Assembly: GCA_046760805.1 (NCBI GenBank)
Contig: JBHIEV010000003.1
Coordinates: forward strand, 1-53,579
DNA: 53,579 nucleotides
Direction of reading: 5' to 3'
Source: Candidatus Bathyarchaeia archaeon
Lineage (GTDB): Archaea; Thermoproteota; Bathyarchaeia; Bathyarchaeales; Bathyarchaeaceae
A program made the position numbers and the translations under genes. The notes under the pieces are model-generated. The model was not told the origin of the DNA. It made no database searches and saw nothing but the letters and a program-made list of their open reading frames with translations. Shown here one piece after another: positions 1 to 10,700 of the stretch (its first letter is position 1; each line of letters begins with the position of its first letter).

Positions 1-1189
1 GCATCGAAACAAACTGCAAGAAGCAGAATTAAGAACCGATCAAGAAACCACAGAACTCAAAAGATACCTTGCTTCGTTGGAGAGCCAGATGGCAAGCATA
101 AGAGGCGAACAGGAAGCTACCAAAATAGAAATGGATGCTTGCCAAAACCGTATCTCAAGCCTAAAAGCCGAGAACAAGTGTCCTCTATGTCTTCAAGCTC
201 TAACCGGGGACTACAAAGGAGGTCTCCTTGAGCGTCTTCATGAAGAGAACGTTGAACGTGAAAGAAGACTCGTAGAGCTTCAAAAGAACCTCGACGAATT
301 GGAGGGACTACACAGCATCGTCGACTTTGTCGCATCGAATCTGCAAGTACTTATCCCCAGAATCGAAGAGACAAAGCTTCGAATCTCCGAAGAACAAAAA
401 TCACTGGAAACCCTCTCAACAGAATTCGAAGAAACGCAAGAACAAGTGAAAGCCCTTCGAAACGAACTCGACATCACACGCTCTGAAATCACTAAATTCG
501 ATATAAGCGAACTAGAGTCTGTACGGAAACTCCGGGACAAAGCCTTCGAAAGATACTCCACAACAAAGTCTGAACTGGAGACGCTAAAAAGCAGAAAAAG
601 AGATGCCACATCAAGAATGGATAGTCTAAAAGAACGTCTAGAAAATGCGCTGAAGAAAGTAGAACGGATGGAGACAATCAAAAGGCTGCTCGGGGTCATC
701 GATGACATAAGAGGTGCCTACAGAAGTATCCAGCCAAGACTCCGAAGCGAATTTGTCGCCTACTTAGAACGAATGGTTCAACAGGTCTTGGACGACCTCG
801 TCGGAGCAGAGGGACCTCTGCTGACCGTGGACATCGACGACACCTACACCCCCTCTATGAAGAGTGAGGAGGGCTACGAACGGGATGTTCCAAACCTCTC
901 AGGGGGAGAGCGAACCCTTCTCGCATTCGCATATCGCTTAGGCCTCGGACAACTCATTATGCAATCGAGAACTGGACATGGACTGTACTTGCTACTGCTA
1001 GACGAACCTACAGAGAGCCTCGGCAGAGAAGACGGTTCCATCCATCGACTAGCCGAGGCGATCTCAAAATCAAAAGCCATCGAACAAATAATCGCCGTAA
1101 CCCACAGCGAGGTTTTCGCAGAAAAGGCGGAACACGTCATACGCCTGCAGAAAGAAGCTGGCGTTAGCAGCGTGTCTATGGAAAGGTAA
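1..1189 (+). CDS. rad50: Rad50/SbcC-like SMC ATPase, C-terminal part (5' end outside window)
   Basis: CPLC zinc-hook inside coiled coil, LSGGE signature, LLLLDEPT Walker B, VTH H-loop. Confidence 0.85.
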   Translation, partial: HRNKLQEAELRTDQETTELKRYLASLESQMASIRGEQEATKIEMDACQNRISSLKAENKCPLCLQALTGDYKGGLLERLHEENVERERRLVELQKNLDELEGLHSIVDFVASNLQVLIPRIEETKLRISEEQKSLETLSTEFEETQEQVKALRNELDITRSEITKFDISELESVRKLRDKAFERYSTTKSELETLKSRKRDATSRMDSLKERLENALKKVERMETIKRLLGVIDDIRGAYRSIQPRLRSEFVAYLERMVQQVLDDLVGAEGPLLTVDIDDTYTPSMKSEEGYERDVPNLSGGERTLLAFAYRLGLGQLIMQSRTGHGLYLLLLDEPTESLGREDGSIHRLAEAISKSKAIEQIIAVTHSEVFAEKAEHVIRLQKEAGVSSVSMER

Positions 1190-1196
1190 CCAGCTG

Positions 1197-1475
1197 CTAG
1201 TCCTCTTCTTCGTCTTCCTCTTTCTCTTCCGGAGTCTTTTGTATCGCTGGCAGAGGCGGAGGTGTAGAGGCCATAGCCCAGCCAATCCACGCTACGATGA
1301 AAAGAAAGCTGTAGACGATGATCATGACTGGAACAATTAATGCCCAGTCGCTGATTGGTCTTCCAAGTACCGTTGCGTCTGGTAGAAAGAACCAAGAGAA
1401 AAGCCAAAAGAAGTATCCAATCATGGCGAGCACACTTACCGTGAACATGAGTATGCCAAGATTCTTATCGCGCAT
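1197..1475 (-). CDS. Small two-TM membrane protein with acidic tail
   Basis: Start re-set to ATG 1475 (MRDKNLG); two hydrophobic helices, WIGWAMASTPPP, E/D-rich end. Confidence 0.7.
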   Translation of the reverse strand: MRDKNLGILMFTVSVLAMIGYFFWLFSWFFLPDATVLGRPISDWALIVPVMIIVYSFLFIVAWIGWAMASTPPPLPAIQKTPEEKEEDEEED

Positions 1476-1660
1476 AGATAGCCTTCCCTCAAACAGGTTG
1501 GGGCATATGCAACTTAAAACTTTCGAGATGCCTTGTTGCGGAGCGCATGTGCGAGTTTGCTGCATTTCATAGAGAATCTAAACATTTAGAGCGTATGGAA
1601 CGGCGTTGTTGGAAAAATTATTTAAGTTCATATCTACGAATGGCTATGGAAGGGAATGCT

Positions 1661-2119
1661 ATGAGATCGGATTACATATTATATGTCTTCGCCGTCATAT
1701 GCTTCATTCTAGCAGTTGTTGTCTTCGCTGGCTATCCTCCCATGGGGGATATCAACTTAGTCGCCACAGCAGTCCTAGCCATCCTAGGCATGATCTTGGT
1801 AGGAGCAGGCTACCTCATTAGACCAGAGGAGACGACGTTAGCTCCGCCAACTCCACCAGCACCTAAGCCACCCCCAAAAATCTCGGCACCACCACAGATA
1901 CCACAGCCAAAGAAAGCGGTAACCTCACCCATCGATATCACAAAGATCAAGGGAATCGGCCCGAAGAGGGCGGAGCAGCTTAGAACACTGGGAATCAACA
2001 CAGCTCAAGATCTAGCTGAGACCACAGCAACTACGTTGGCGGCGAAGACAGAGCTCTCCCCAAAAATAACCAGCGGCTGGATCAGAGAGGCGAAGAGGCT
2101 CGTCAAGAAAGCCTCTTAA
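1661..2119 (+). CDS. Membrane-anchored helix-hairpin-helix (DUF4332-like) protein
   Basis: Start re-set to ATG 1661; two TM helices, Pro-rich linker, IKGIGPKRAEQL HhH motif. Confidence 0.75.
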   Translation: MRSDYILYVFAVICFILAVVVFAGYPPMGDINLVATAVLAILGMILVGAGYLIRPEETTLAPPTPPAPKPPPKISAPPQIPQPKKAVTSPIDITKIKGIGPKRAEQLRTLGINTAQDLAETTATTLAAKTELSPKITSGWIREAKRLVKKAS

Positions 2120-2239
2120 CATAAAACACTAACAGCATCCAGATTTTCTTACCGAACTACACCGTTTGTCAAATCATGAACAAAACCATCTTAAAACTCT
2201 TCATGGAAAAACGCTAAGGCAGTTTTGAGGGCATCTAAC

Positions 2240-2746
2240 ATGGAAACCAGCACAGAAATTGCAGAGATTCTTTTAGAGCCCAAGACCAGGCAGATCTTGG
2301 ACACTACTATCTGCAACGAACATTTACGCTTTGGGTGTATACGCTGCGCCACTTTCTGCTGCAAACTAGGCGGACCCAAAATCACCAAAAAGGATACCCA
2401 ACGAATAGAAAACGCTGGCTACGATGCCGAAGAGTTTGTTGATTTTTTCAAGGACAAATCCAACCATTCATCTCTATACCCTGGGTGTCTCAAAACCAAG
2501 CAAGACGGGTCATGCGTTTTCCTGAAATTCAACTCTGAAAAAGGCAACTACGAATGTTCTGTCTATAATTCTAGGCCAGCCCAATGTAGGCTTTTCCCCT
2601 TCGATTTTCAGAAGACAGACTCCAAATCCATCGTGCTGAACTTCATTCCTTGCTGTAGAGGCCTGAACAACCCCGATGGAGAATTGGTGAATGAAAGCTT
2701 CATTGCTAACTATCTGCTTGACGCTATTTTCGACTTGACTTTTTGA
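2240..2746 (+). CDS. YkgJ-family cysteine-cluster protein
   Basis: CIRCATFCC, CVFL, CSVYNSRPAQCRLFPF motifs. Confidence 0.85.
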   Translation: METSTEIAEILLEPKTRQILDTTICNEHLRFGCIRCATFCCKLGGPKITKKDTQRIENAGYDAEEFVDFFKDKSNHSSLYPGCLKTKQDGSCVFLKFNSEKGNYECSVYNSRPAQCRLFPFDFQKTDSKSIVLNFIPCCRGLNNPDGELVNESFIANYLLDAIFDLTF

Positions 2747-2775
2747 CATGCACTTACGCAGAGAAGGTGAGGAAT

Positions 2776-3498
2776 ATGAAGATTGACGTGAAAACTGTTT
2801 CTTTGATTGCCATATTCGCAGCCGTCGGAGTGGTTTGTGATGCTCTATTGACGCCTGCCTTATCAGCCGGGGTCTGGATCGGGTGGATCTTCATGATCAG
2901 TCCAATTGCGGGAATTGTCCTTGGGCCCTACAGCGGGTTTGTCTCCACTTTGATAGCAGTTATGATCGGGCACTCCCTTTTTCCAAGAGAGACAGTTTAC
3001 GAGTTTGTCTTCACGATAGGAGCACCCGTCGGCACTATGATGTCTGGATTTGCGTTTAGGGGACAGTTGAAGAGAGTCCTCGCCTACTACACCATTATGC
3101 TCGGAACATACTTCGCTACACCGGTGTCTAAGCATCTCGCAATATGGGGAATGTGGGATTGCTATGTTGCATATGCCATCCTCATAGTTCTGTGTGCCAT
3201 CTTGATCATCCGAGGACCGGATGAGGTTAGACAGGTGTCGCCATATGCCGTAAGCGCCTTTATTGGCCTTGAAGCAGATGTGCTCCTCAGGATTTTCATA
3301 TTGGTGCCCTGTCAAGGATACCGACTCTTCTTTGAGTGGACACCGGAAGTGCTAGCTGGTATATGGGCGGTTCCAGCACCCATAATCACGCCCTTCAAGG
3401 TGCTTCTGTCCACTTTCCTTGCAACGTTGATTGGCCCACAAATCATGCGCATATTAGCAGACTTCAAACTCTCTTTAGATTCGCATTTCAAACACTAG
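2776..3498 (+). CDS. ECF S-component-like membrane protein
   Basis: Multi-TM; IAIFAA and GIVLGPYSG motifs typical of S components; GGTGAGG RBS. Confidence 0.6.
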   Translation: MKIDVKTVSLIAIFAAVGVVCDALLTPALSAGVWIGWIFMISPIAGIVLGPYSGFVSTLIAVMIGHSLFPRETVYEFVFTIGAPVGTMMSGFAFRGQLKRVLAYYTIMLGTYFATPVSKHLAIWGMWDCYVAYAILIVLCAILIIRGPDEVRQVSPYAVSAFIGLEADVLLRIFILVPCQGYRLFFEWTPEVLAGIWAVPAPIITPFKVLLSTFLATLIGPQIMRILADFKLSLDSHFKH

Positions 3499-3545
3499 AC
3501 TACTATGAATGGGTACTCGGAATCTAATAGGTGTCTAAAGAATTG

Positions 3546-4778
3546 CTAAGTGATCATGTAGTCGCAGGAATTGAAGATTACTCCTGCTGTCTCACAGGCC
3601 TTCGGTAACAAGTAGTCCTTGTCTGGCCCCTCTATTACGAAAGAACAGAGCGGTTCACCTTCTTCTATAACAACTCCAGGAAAGGGAACATCCCTGATCC
3701 CTTCAAAGATGTTCAATTCAGGCACCATTAAACGCTGCGGAGCAAACAAGATGAATCGTGCCCAAAGAACTGAGGTTTTTTTATACATTGTTGGAAGGAC
3801 TCCCTGAACACATGCTTTTACATGGGCTTCTACAAGGTTCATTCCAAGAACTCGCTCAACACATTCTAGTGTTCCCTGAAATCGTGGGTTCACCTCAATA
3901 ACGTATGATATGCCTTCTTCGGAGAGTACAAAATCCACGCCGTTAGACCCCACCAGACCGAAGTGGTGAGTAATCTTCTTAACCATGCTTTCACATTTCT
4001 CTACGACTGTTTTGGGAGCTGAAAGAGGAACAATGTTCCCACAGTATCCGAAGGGCTCTCTTTGACCTAGCTCGTGCATTCCGATTAGCTGTATGTTCAA
4101 TGTCAGGGTGACATTTCCACTGATGGAGGAGATCAAAGACACGCTTGCGTGAGTCCCAGAGATGCATTCTTGAACCAAGACTTTTTCATCCATGAGAGAG
4201 ACTTCTCTAAGTGCTTGTTTCAATTCGCTAAGATTCGTGGCTTTTCTCACACCAGCGCCGCCAAATCCACTCCAAGGTTTGACAACAACTGGATATCCAA
4301 TGTCCTTGGCTTTCTTTCTGACCTCTTCAAGATCTTCCGCGACTGCCGTTTCAGGGTGAGGTATTCCCAGACGATCTAATTCATGGAAGAATTCCGCCTT
4401 GTCTCGGATTTTTTTGATGGTGTTGGGATGATTCCCTAGTATGGGAGCCAGATTGTTAAGTTCGAACAAGATGTTTGAGCAGTCGTCTAGACCAGACGAT
4501 AGTAAGACTGCGTCTATCTCATGCCTTCTTAGGAGGGCTCTTGTCAAGTGTAAAAGAGTTTCAGGGCTAAAATCTCTACTCAAGTACCCACATGTCTTCC
4601 CAGGCATCTGTTTAATGACCGACAGACTCTCTCGGCATACGCGCTTAAGATCTTGATCTCCAAAGTGGTCCACAGCGAAAACTTGATACCCCGCTTTTCT
4701 GGCGGAGGCAGCCAGCGAAACGCTGTCCAGACCTATCACTAAGAGACTGCGAAGATCAGGAATCTCAACTTCAGTCAA
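3546..4778 (-). CDS. ATP-grasp carboligase (COG2232-like)
   Basis: DHFGDQD N-terminus, VVVKP..GFGGAG, VQECISG, GSNGVDF, IEVNPRFQG. Confidence 0.8.
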   Translation of the reverse strand: MTEVEIPDLRSLLVIGLDSVSLAASARKAGYQVFAVDHFGDQDLKRVCRESLSVIKQMPGKTCGYLSRDFSPETLLHLTRALLRRHEIDAVLLSSGLDDCSNILFELNNLAPILGNHPNTIKKIRDKAEFFHELDRLGIPHPETAVAEDLEEVRKKAKDIGYPVVVKPWSGFGGAGVRKATNLSELKQALREVSLMDEKVLVQECISGTHASVSLISSISGNVTLTLNIQLIGMHELGQREPFGYCGNIVPLSAPKTVVEKCESMVKKITHHFGLVGSNGVDFVLSEEGISYVIEVNPRFQGTLECVERVLGMNLVEAHVKACVQGVLPTMYKKTSVLWARFILFAPQRLMVPELNIFEGIRDVPFPGVVIEEGEPLCSFVIEGPDKDYLLPKACETAGVIFNSCDYMIT

Positions 4779-4985
4779 CGACGAACCCTCACAACGCTTG
4801 AGGAACCAACTTAATTATCTTCGTATATTCACTAGATTTATGTATTCCAAAATTCATTGGGCAAATGTTTGTGTGAGAACATGGTGGACTGGCATGGAAA
4901 TTTCGAAGTTTTCTGGAAGGCAAGCTGTTGTAGTAGCCGGGATTAAGCTTTTGGCTCGTGAAAAGGAATATAGGGGATAGCAAGC

Positions 4986-5411
4986 GTGAAAATCCATAAA
5001 TCAAAGATCGGGAGAGTGGTCTTTGCTCGGCTTTCAGAGGGCGAGGACTTACTTGAAGCCATAACTCTCCGGTCAAAACAAGCCAAAATAGTCACAGCCT
5101 TCTTCATTCTCATCGGCGCGCTCAAAAAGGCAAGGCTTGGATTCTACCGTGAACAAGAGTACAAGCCCATAGAGATCTCTGAGCCTGTAGAGATAGCGTC
5201 CTGCATGGGGAACATCTCCGTCAAGGAAGGAGAACCAATCGTTCACGCTCACATATTAGTCTCAAACGAGAACGGCAAGGCTTTCGGTGGACATTTGCTG
5301 TCTGGCTGTATTGTTTCGGTGAATGCTGAGTTGGTTCTAGTTGAAGCCGCGGATTTAACTTTGCAGAGGGTTCTTGATGAAAAAACGAAACTGAATCTAT
5401 GGCATATGTAG
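4986..5411 (+). CDS. PPC/DUF296 domain protein
   Basis: EIASCMGNI, HAHI, GGHL motifs. Confidence 0.85.
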   Translation: MKIHKSKIGRVVFARLSEGEDLLEAITLRSKQAKIVTAFFILIGALKKARLGFYREQEYKPIEISEPVEIASCMGNISVKEGEPIVHAHILVSNENGKAFGGHLLSGCIVSVNAELVLVEAADLTLQRVLDEKTKLNLWHM

Positions 5412-5507
5412 AGCGATCTTCACTTTCTGATTTATTGATTTTGAATATTGATTTTCTCTTCATAACTGATTTTTACGCAAAATTAGCTGGCATTCTCAGG
5501 ATACAAA

Positions 5508-5645
5508 ATGAGTGCCGAACTTGACAGGATTCAACGAAAAATCGCTAAGCTAAAGAGAGATGCTGAGGAACTGCGACGGCTGAAGTTAGCTTGTGATGAT
5601 CTCAAGAAACTCCGCAAGTCGCTCGTTGAAACAAAATTCGATTAG
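5508..5645 (+). CDS. 45-aa coiled-coil microprotein (not in ORF track)
   Basis: Hand-translated MSAELDRIQRKIAKLKRDAEELRRLKLACDDLKKLRKSLVETKFD; AGGA upstream; fills intergenic gap. Confidence 0.5.
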   Translation: MSAELDRIQRKIAKLKRDAEELRRLKLACDDLKKLRKSLVETKFD

Positions 5646-5734
5646 CCTCGAAGAGTCCTTTCAAGACAACGAGAAAAGGACAACTTATAGATCGTACAAT
5701 TCTTTCAGAATTTATTTGAAGAAAAGATGAGACG

Positions 5735-6043
5735 TCAACTTTTAGCTAATCCAAGGAGGAGGCCAACGATGAAACTGCTCATTAGCAGTATGCTTGATGT
5801 AAGAGGCGTGATAATGAAGGGGCCGAGGGTGGCAGCAAATGTGGATGCTGTTTCGACCAGTGCATTGATGTCTAGATTGATGATTTTCAAATAGGCCAAG
5901 TAGGCAATCGAAAAGATGAAGACTCCAACAATCATCACAAGCCTGTAAATCTTCTTAACTGCGCACCCAACGAAGAAACCTCCTATACCACCCAGGCTCA
6001 CCGTAAAGATCGTCGGCAGGACAGAGGACAAAACTTCACTCAT
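5735..6043 (-). CDS. FUN14-family membrane protein
   Basis: Start re-set to ATG 6043; LGGIGGFFVGCAVKKI, YLAYLKIINLD, C-terminal FIVGLLLG. Confidence 0.75.
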   Translation of the reverse strand: MSEVLSSVLPTIFTVSLGGIGGFFVGCAVKKIYRLVMIVGVFIFSIAYLAYLKIINLDINALVETASTFAATLGPFIITPLTSSILLMSSFIVGLLLGLAKS

Positions 6044-6077
6044 ATTCACATCAACTCCCAAAGTGCAATTCAACATG

Positions 6078-6182
6078 TTATCGAGAAACAACAGCTCCGC
6101 AACTTCTGCAATAGTAGAAATTGCCCTCAACTTTCTTCTGTTTCTTCCTGTCGATCCTGCCTCTACAATTCGGACACTCCAT
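6078..6182 (-). CDS. 34-aa zinc-ribbon microprotein (not in ORF track)
   Basis: MECPNCRGRIDRKKQKKVEGNFYYCRSCGAVVSR; two CxxC knuckles; GGTGG RBS. Confidence 0.7.
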   Translation of the reverse strand: MECPNCRGRIDRKKQKKVEGNFYYCRSCGAVVSR

Positions 6183-6198
6183 CAACAATCCCACCTAG

Positions 6199-6429
6199 CT
6201 ACATCCTTCTAAAGAGTCTGTACTCCAACGGTTCATGATCAAAATTTTGACACCCCTCGCATCTCCTCATATCCATTTTCTCCCGTCGCAGAGCACAATA
6301 GACTCCATGAGATAATGAAAGAGCATGCCTACAGCCGTTGTAGCCAATCATTAAATCGCTTCTAATCTCTTTAATAACACGTTTCGTCGGTCTTTTCAAC
6401 TCTGGGAGAATGTTAATCTGATTAACCAT
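6199..6429 (-). CDS. Small Cys/His-containing hypothetical protein
   Basis: 76 aa; CRH..C..CEGC; co-oriented with the downstream microprotein and FUN14 gene. Confidence 0.55.
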   Translation of the reverse strand: MVNQINILPELKRPTKRVIKEIRSDLMIGYNGCRHALSLSHGVYCALRREKMDMRRCEGCQNFDHEPLEYRLFRRM

Positions 6430-6504
6430 TCAAACACCAGATGGGTATTTTGAGAAAACCCATTAGAAATAGGTTATGAATTTGCAATCAATATCCTAGG
6501 TTTT

Positions 6505-6535
6505 TTGCACATTGCGAATAACTTTCGCAAAGCAA
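6505..6535. terminator. Stem-loop just downstream of rps12
   Basis: TTGCGAA-TAACT-TTCGCAA with outer TTGC/GCAA; no U-tail on the minus strand, so function is uncertain. Confidence 0.3.
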
Positions 6536-6549
6536 GAACGTACCGATAG

Positions 6550-6990
6550 CTATCTTAACGGCTTCTCCTTCTTCCCAAGCACCAATTCTTTCAGGGAGAC
6601 CCCGTTGACCACGATAACCTTCCAACGAACTCCCGGGATATCTCCCATACTCCTCCCGCGAGAACCACCAATTCCTTCAACTATCACTTCATCGTGTTCG
6701 TCAACAACATTTAGGGCACCGTCGCCTGGCAGGAATGCGGTGACAAGCCTACCGTTCTTGATCAGCTGAGTTCTCACGCACTTTCGAATAGCGCTGTTAG
6801 GCTGTTTGCTCTCAACCCCAACCTTCTCCAGAACTATTCCGCGAGCCATGGGCGCTCCCTCAAGAGGGTCGGATTTAGCGTCAAGTCTAAGCATTCGACG
6901 TTTGTAGTAGATGTCGCTCCATCTGAACTTCTTCCGCTTCTCGCGCAATTGTCTTGCGGCGAACTCGCCTTTCGGCGACTTAGAGCCCAT
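6550..6990 (-). CDS. rps12: 30S ribosomal protein S12 (uS12)
   Basis: [20 protein letters not shown]. Confidence 0.98.
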   Translation of the reverse strand: MGSKSPKGEFAARQLREKRKKFRWSDIYYKRRMLRLDAKSDPLEGAPMARGIVLEKVGVESKQPNSAIRKCVRTQLIKNGRLVTAFLPGDGALNVVDEHDEVIVEGIGGSRGRSMGDIPGVRWKVIVVNGVSLKELVLGKKEKPLR

Positions 6991-7004
6991 GTTTTCTTCC
7001 TCTA

Positions 7005-7442
7005 TTATGTGATGCTGACGTGTTGTATTTGAAAATATCGTTTGGCCAAGAATCGGATTCTCTCAGCATTTCTTCCGTTTTTGCCTATGGCTACTCCTTT
7101 ATCTCTTGGATTGACGGCAACCACGGCTATGGTTTTTCCATCAGGGCGCTCAGTTATGCGAATTTCCTTCACCCGAGCAGGCTTCAAAGCATTTTTAATA
7201 AATTGAGCGGGATTCTCCGAGTGTTCAATTATTTCATGTCTCTTCCCAGTCATCTTTTCCAAGAGGCGGATGTTTTTGCCACCCCTCCCTATGGCCATTC
7301 CAACTTCACCCTTCTTCACGACGAAAATTATTCTGTTGAGATCTTCGTCGACTATGCAATCCTTGGCTATGGCACCCGTTACGCTTTCGAATAGGGCTAT
7401 GTACCGCATCTCTCGGCTCGTGAACATTATCCCGCTAGACAT
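7005..7442 (-). CDS. nusA: Archaeal NusA (two KH domains)
   Basis: AIGRGGKNI and [10 protein letters not shown] motifs; operon context. Confidence 0.95.
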   Translation of the reverse strand: MSSGIMFTSREMRYIALFESVTGAIAKDCIVDEDLNRIIFVVKKGEVGMAIGRGGKNIRLLEKMTGKRHEIIEHSENPAQFIKNALKPARVKEIRITERPDGKTIAVVAVNPRDKGVAIGKNGRNAERIRFLAKRYFQIQHVSIT

Positions 7443-7746
7443 CTGCTTCCTCCGCGAGTTTCAGTATATCTGAGTCCCCTGCTTCTCTTACAGCTAGCGC
7501 TGAGACCATGAAGGGTTTTCCACATGCCACACCCAAATCTATACTTGTTCCACTGAAAGTGACCAACGGGATATTAGAAAGCCTGCAATAGTATTCGATG
7601 TCCTTATGAACATTCTCTGGACAGTTGGCGGCTACGATTACAAGTTTAACCTTTCCTATCTTAGCGTTCTTTACGGTGTTTTTGGCTCCCAAAAAAGCCT
7701 TCCCAGTTCTCATGGTGGTGGCAATAGCCTTGTTGATGTCGATCAT
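7435..7746 (-). CDS. rpl30e: 50S ribosomal protein L30e
   Basis: LGVACGKPF, GDSDIL; operon context. Confidence 0.95.
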   Translation of the reverse strand: MIDINKAIATTMRTGKAFLGAKNTVKNAKIGKVKLVIVAANCPENVHKDIEYYCRLSNIPLVTFSGTSIDLGVACGKPFMVSALAVREAGDSDILKLAEEADV

Positions 7747-10700
7747 TCCGTGGCCTCTTTGGATACCGCTGACATGTAGAGGTCAACCAAACCTGTGCCT
7801 ATTGGTATCGACTGCCCTACTATAACGTTTTCTGTTACGCCACTTAGCAGGTCGCTTTCACCACTTATGGCAGCTTCGACGATGTTCGGGACTGTAATCT
7901 CGAAGGCAGCCCTTGCAAGAACACTCGCCTTCTCTCCGCTGATCCCATGCCTTCCTATCTGCCGCACCTCCCCGGTTGCGGTCATGATGTCGGAGACCAA
8001 CATAACATGCCTAACATCCACATCTAGTCCCTGTTCCTCGAGCACACCGAGGGCTTCCTTAACTATGAGGTTTCTAGCTGCTTCGACTCCAAGGGTTTCG
8101 GCGGTCTCATGTATATGATTAGTGAATGTCCGTTTCGGGTCCACACCACGAACTCCGAGAACTTTTGCCAGGTTTGAACCATCCGTTCTGATAACCCACT
8201 CCCTTCCTTCTTCGGTGACGAGAACCCTGCTGATTCCTGGCAAACCCCGGATATGGTACGTGGGGAGTTTGTCAAGGAGTTTTCTGGCATCCTTCGGCTT
8301 TTCTGGCTTGATGTTAAGTTGGTCCTTTTCGACTCGCAAAGTGCATTTCGGCAAGCGCAACTTCTTCTCAAGTTCATCTAACGAGATACCCCGATCCTCC
8401 ATCATAGTTAGGTCAAGTTTTACAACAACTTCGTCCTTTTCTGGGTCTATGTACATTGCCTTTGAAATGTCCTCCATGGTTGTATAAAGAATCTCTCGAG
8501 CGACTTCTGTGGCTTTCTTCTCGCTTTTCCTGTGCTCTGTGTCAAGGTAAACGTTCATAATTGGCGTGGAGGGTATCCTCCGAGCATCCACAATCTCTAT
8601 GAGGCGAGGCAGGCCGAGGGTTACGTTTTGTTCTCTTACCCCAGCGTAGTGAAAGGTTCGAAGGGTCATCTGAGTGCCCGGCTCGCCTATGGACTGCGCT
8701 GACACAATTCCCACAGCCTCTCCAGGCTCCACGAGAGAACGCCTATAGTTCTCTAAGGTTAAGGATATGGCTTCATCAACGCCTTCTTGGGTCAATTTGG
8801 CTTTGCTCAACTTTCTTTTTAATTCCTCAAAAAGAAGAGGTGTAAGCTCGTTTTTGACTTCCTCGACCCGCTTCTTGACGTATTCTTTGGATGCTGGTCG
8901 GCCTTCTCCTCGGGCAATCTTGATCTGTTCAATGAGTCTGTTGACATTCACCGCTTTTCCGTGATCACTTTTGGCTGGATCTACTCCATCATCGCCATAT
9001 CTAAATTGGATAATGTCGCCAACGGAGTTTCGAACCGTTCCATCATACTCGATGCGGAGGTGCTCTAAGGCGTTGATAAGACGCCTCTGCATATATCCAC
9101 TCTGCTGTGTACGTACTGCTGTGTCTACCAGTCCCTCCCGTCCACCCATGGCATGGAAGAAAAACTCAACAGGGTCCAGCCCTTCCCTGTAGCAAGAATA
9201 TACGAACCCTCTAGCCTTTGGGGTTGGGTCTCCCACCTCAAAGTGTGGCAGGGCTCGTTTGAGGTAGCCACGCATGATCCTCTTTCCTCGCACTGACTGC
9301 TGTCCAACACAAGCAGTCATTTGACCGATGTTCAGGCTGGATCCTCTTGCTCCTGTTCTAGTCATGATCATACCTGAATTTCCTATATCAAAATCTTGGT
9401 CTGCCGCTCTTCCAGCCTTATCCCTGGCAGTGGCCAGTTCGTTCATCACATAGATTTCAAAAGATTCGTCAAGAGTCTGACCCGGTAACCTTTGCAGTGT
9501 TCCATCTTTGGACTTCTTTATTAATTCCTGCACTCGTTCCTCAGAGTCTTGTATTGTCTTGTGTATTTTCTTCTCTACAGAACTGGATAATTCGAGTTCA
9601 TCAAAGGAGTAAGTGAAGCCGCGCATTGTCATGAACAGTTTAAGAAGCTGAGTGATTTGATTCAGGAATCTCCGTCCCGCAGAGGCGCCATAATCTTTTA
9701 TTATCTGGTGAAGGAGGCTCTCAGACTGCTCGGCTCCAATAGAGCTCCTATCTATCACACCCGACTTCAAAATGCCATCTTTGATGACCACATAGGCGTC
9801 GTATGTACACTCTTCACGGTCACAACGGGTACAACCACGACAAATGCTAGCCTTCAAGGCGTAGTTGAGGCCCTCTGGGATGAAGAGGCTGAATATCTGC
9901 TTTCCAGTCCAGAGCGGCTCAGGCTCTTTGATCTCAGGCTCAGGTAGGGCTCCATCATACTGTGCTGCAGCTAAGAGCCTGCAAACCTCCTCTCTACTGA
10001 GACGGCTAGACTTGCGGGTGAAAAGATATGCGGCTGTTATAAAGTCCCTAATTGCTCCAATGATCGGACCTCCAAACTTGGGTGAGAGAATCTGATCTTG
10101 GACCTGCATTAGGAGTCGCGCTTCCGTCTGTGCCTCCTCGCTTTGGGGAACGTGGAGATTCATCTCATCTCCGTCAAAATCGGCGTTGTATGGAGGACAG
10201 ACACAAAGGTGCAACCGGAACGTCTTGTGGGGCAATACTCGTACGTAATGTGCCATAATGGACATTCGGTGGAGGGACGGCTGCCTGTTGAAAATGGCGA
10301 TGTCTCCATCCCTAAGATGGCGTTCCATGATGAACCCGGGTTCTAAAGCCTCAGCTACCTTCTCTCGATCTACAACAAACTCGAGTCTAACACGTTTGCC
10401 ATCAGGTCTAACGACGTAGAGCGCACCAGGATACTTCTCAGGACCATTAATAACCAACTCCCGCATCTCTTCAATATTCCATTCCGTAACCTTTTCTGGC
10501 AATGAAAGCCTCATAGCGACATCCAGTGGGACTCCAACCTCGTTTATATCGAGATTTGGATCCGGAGAAATCACAGTGCGTGCTGAGAAATCAACTCTCT
10601 TTCCAGAAAGGTTGCTTCTAAATCTTCCCTCCTTTCCTTTCAGCCGCTGCGATAGGGTCTTCAGTGCTCTGCCAGAGCGGTGTCTAGCTGGGGGGATTCC

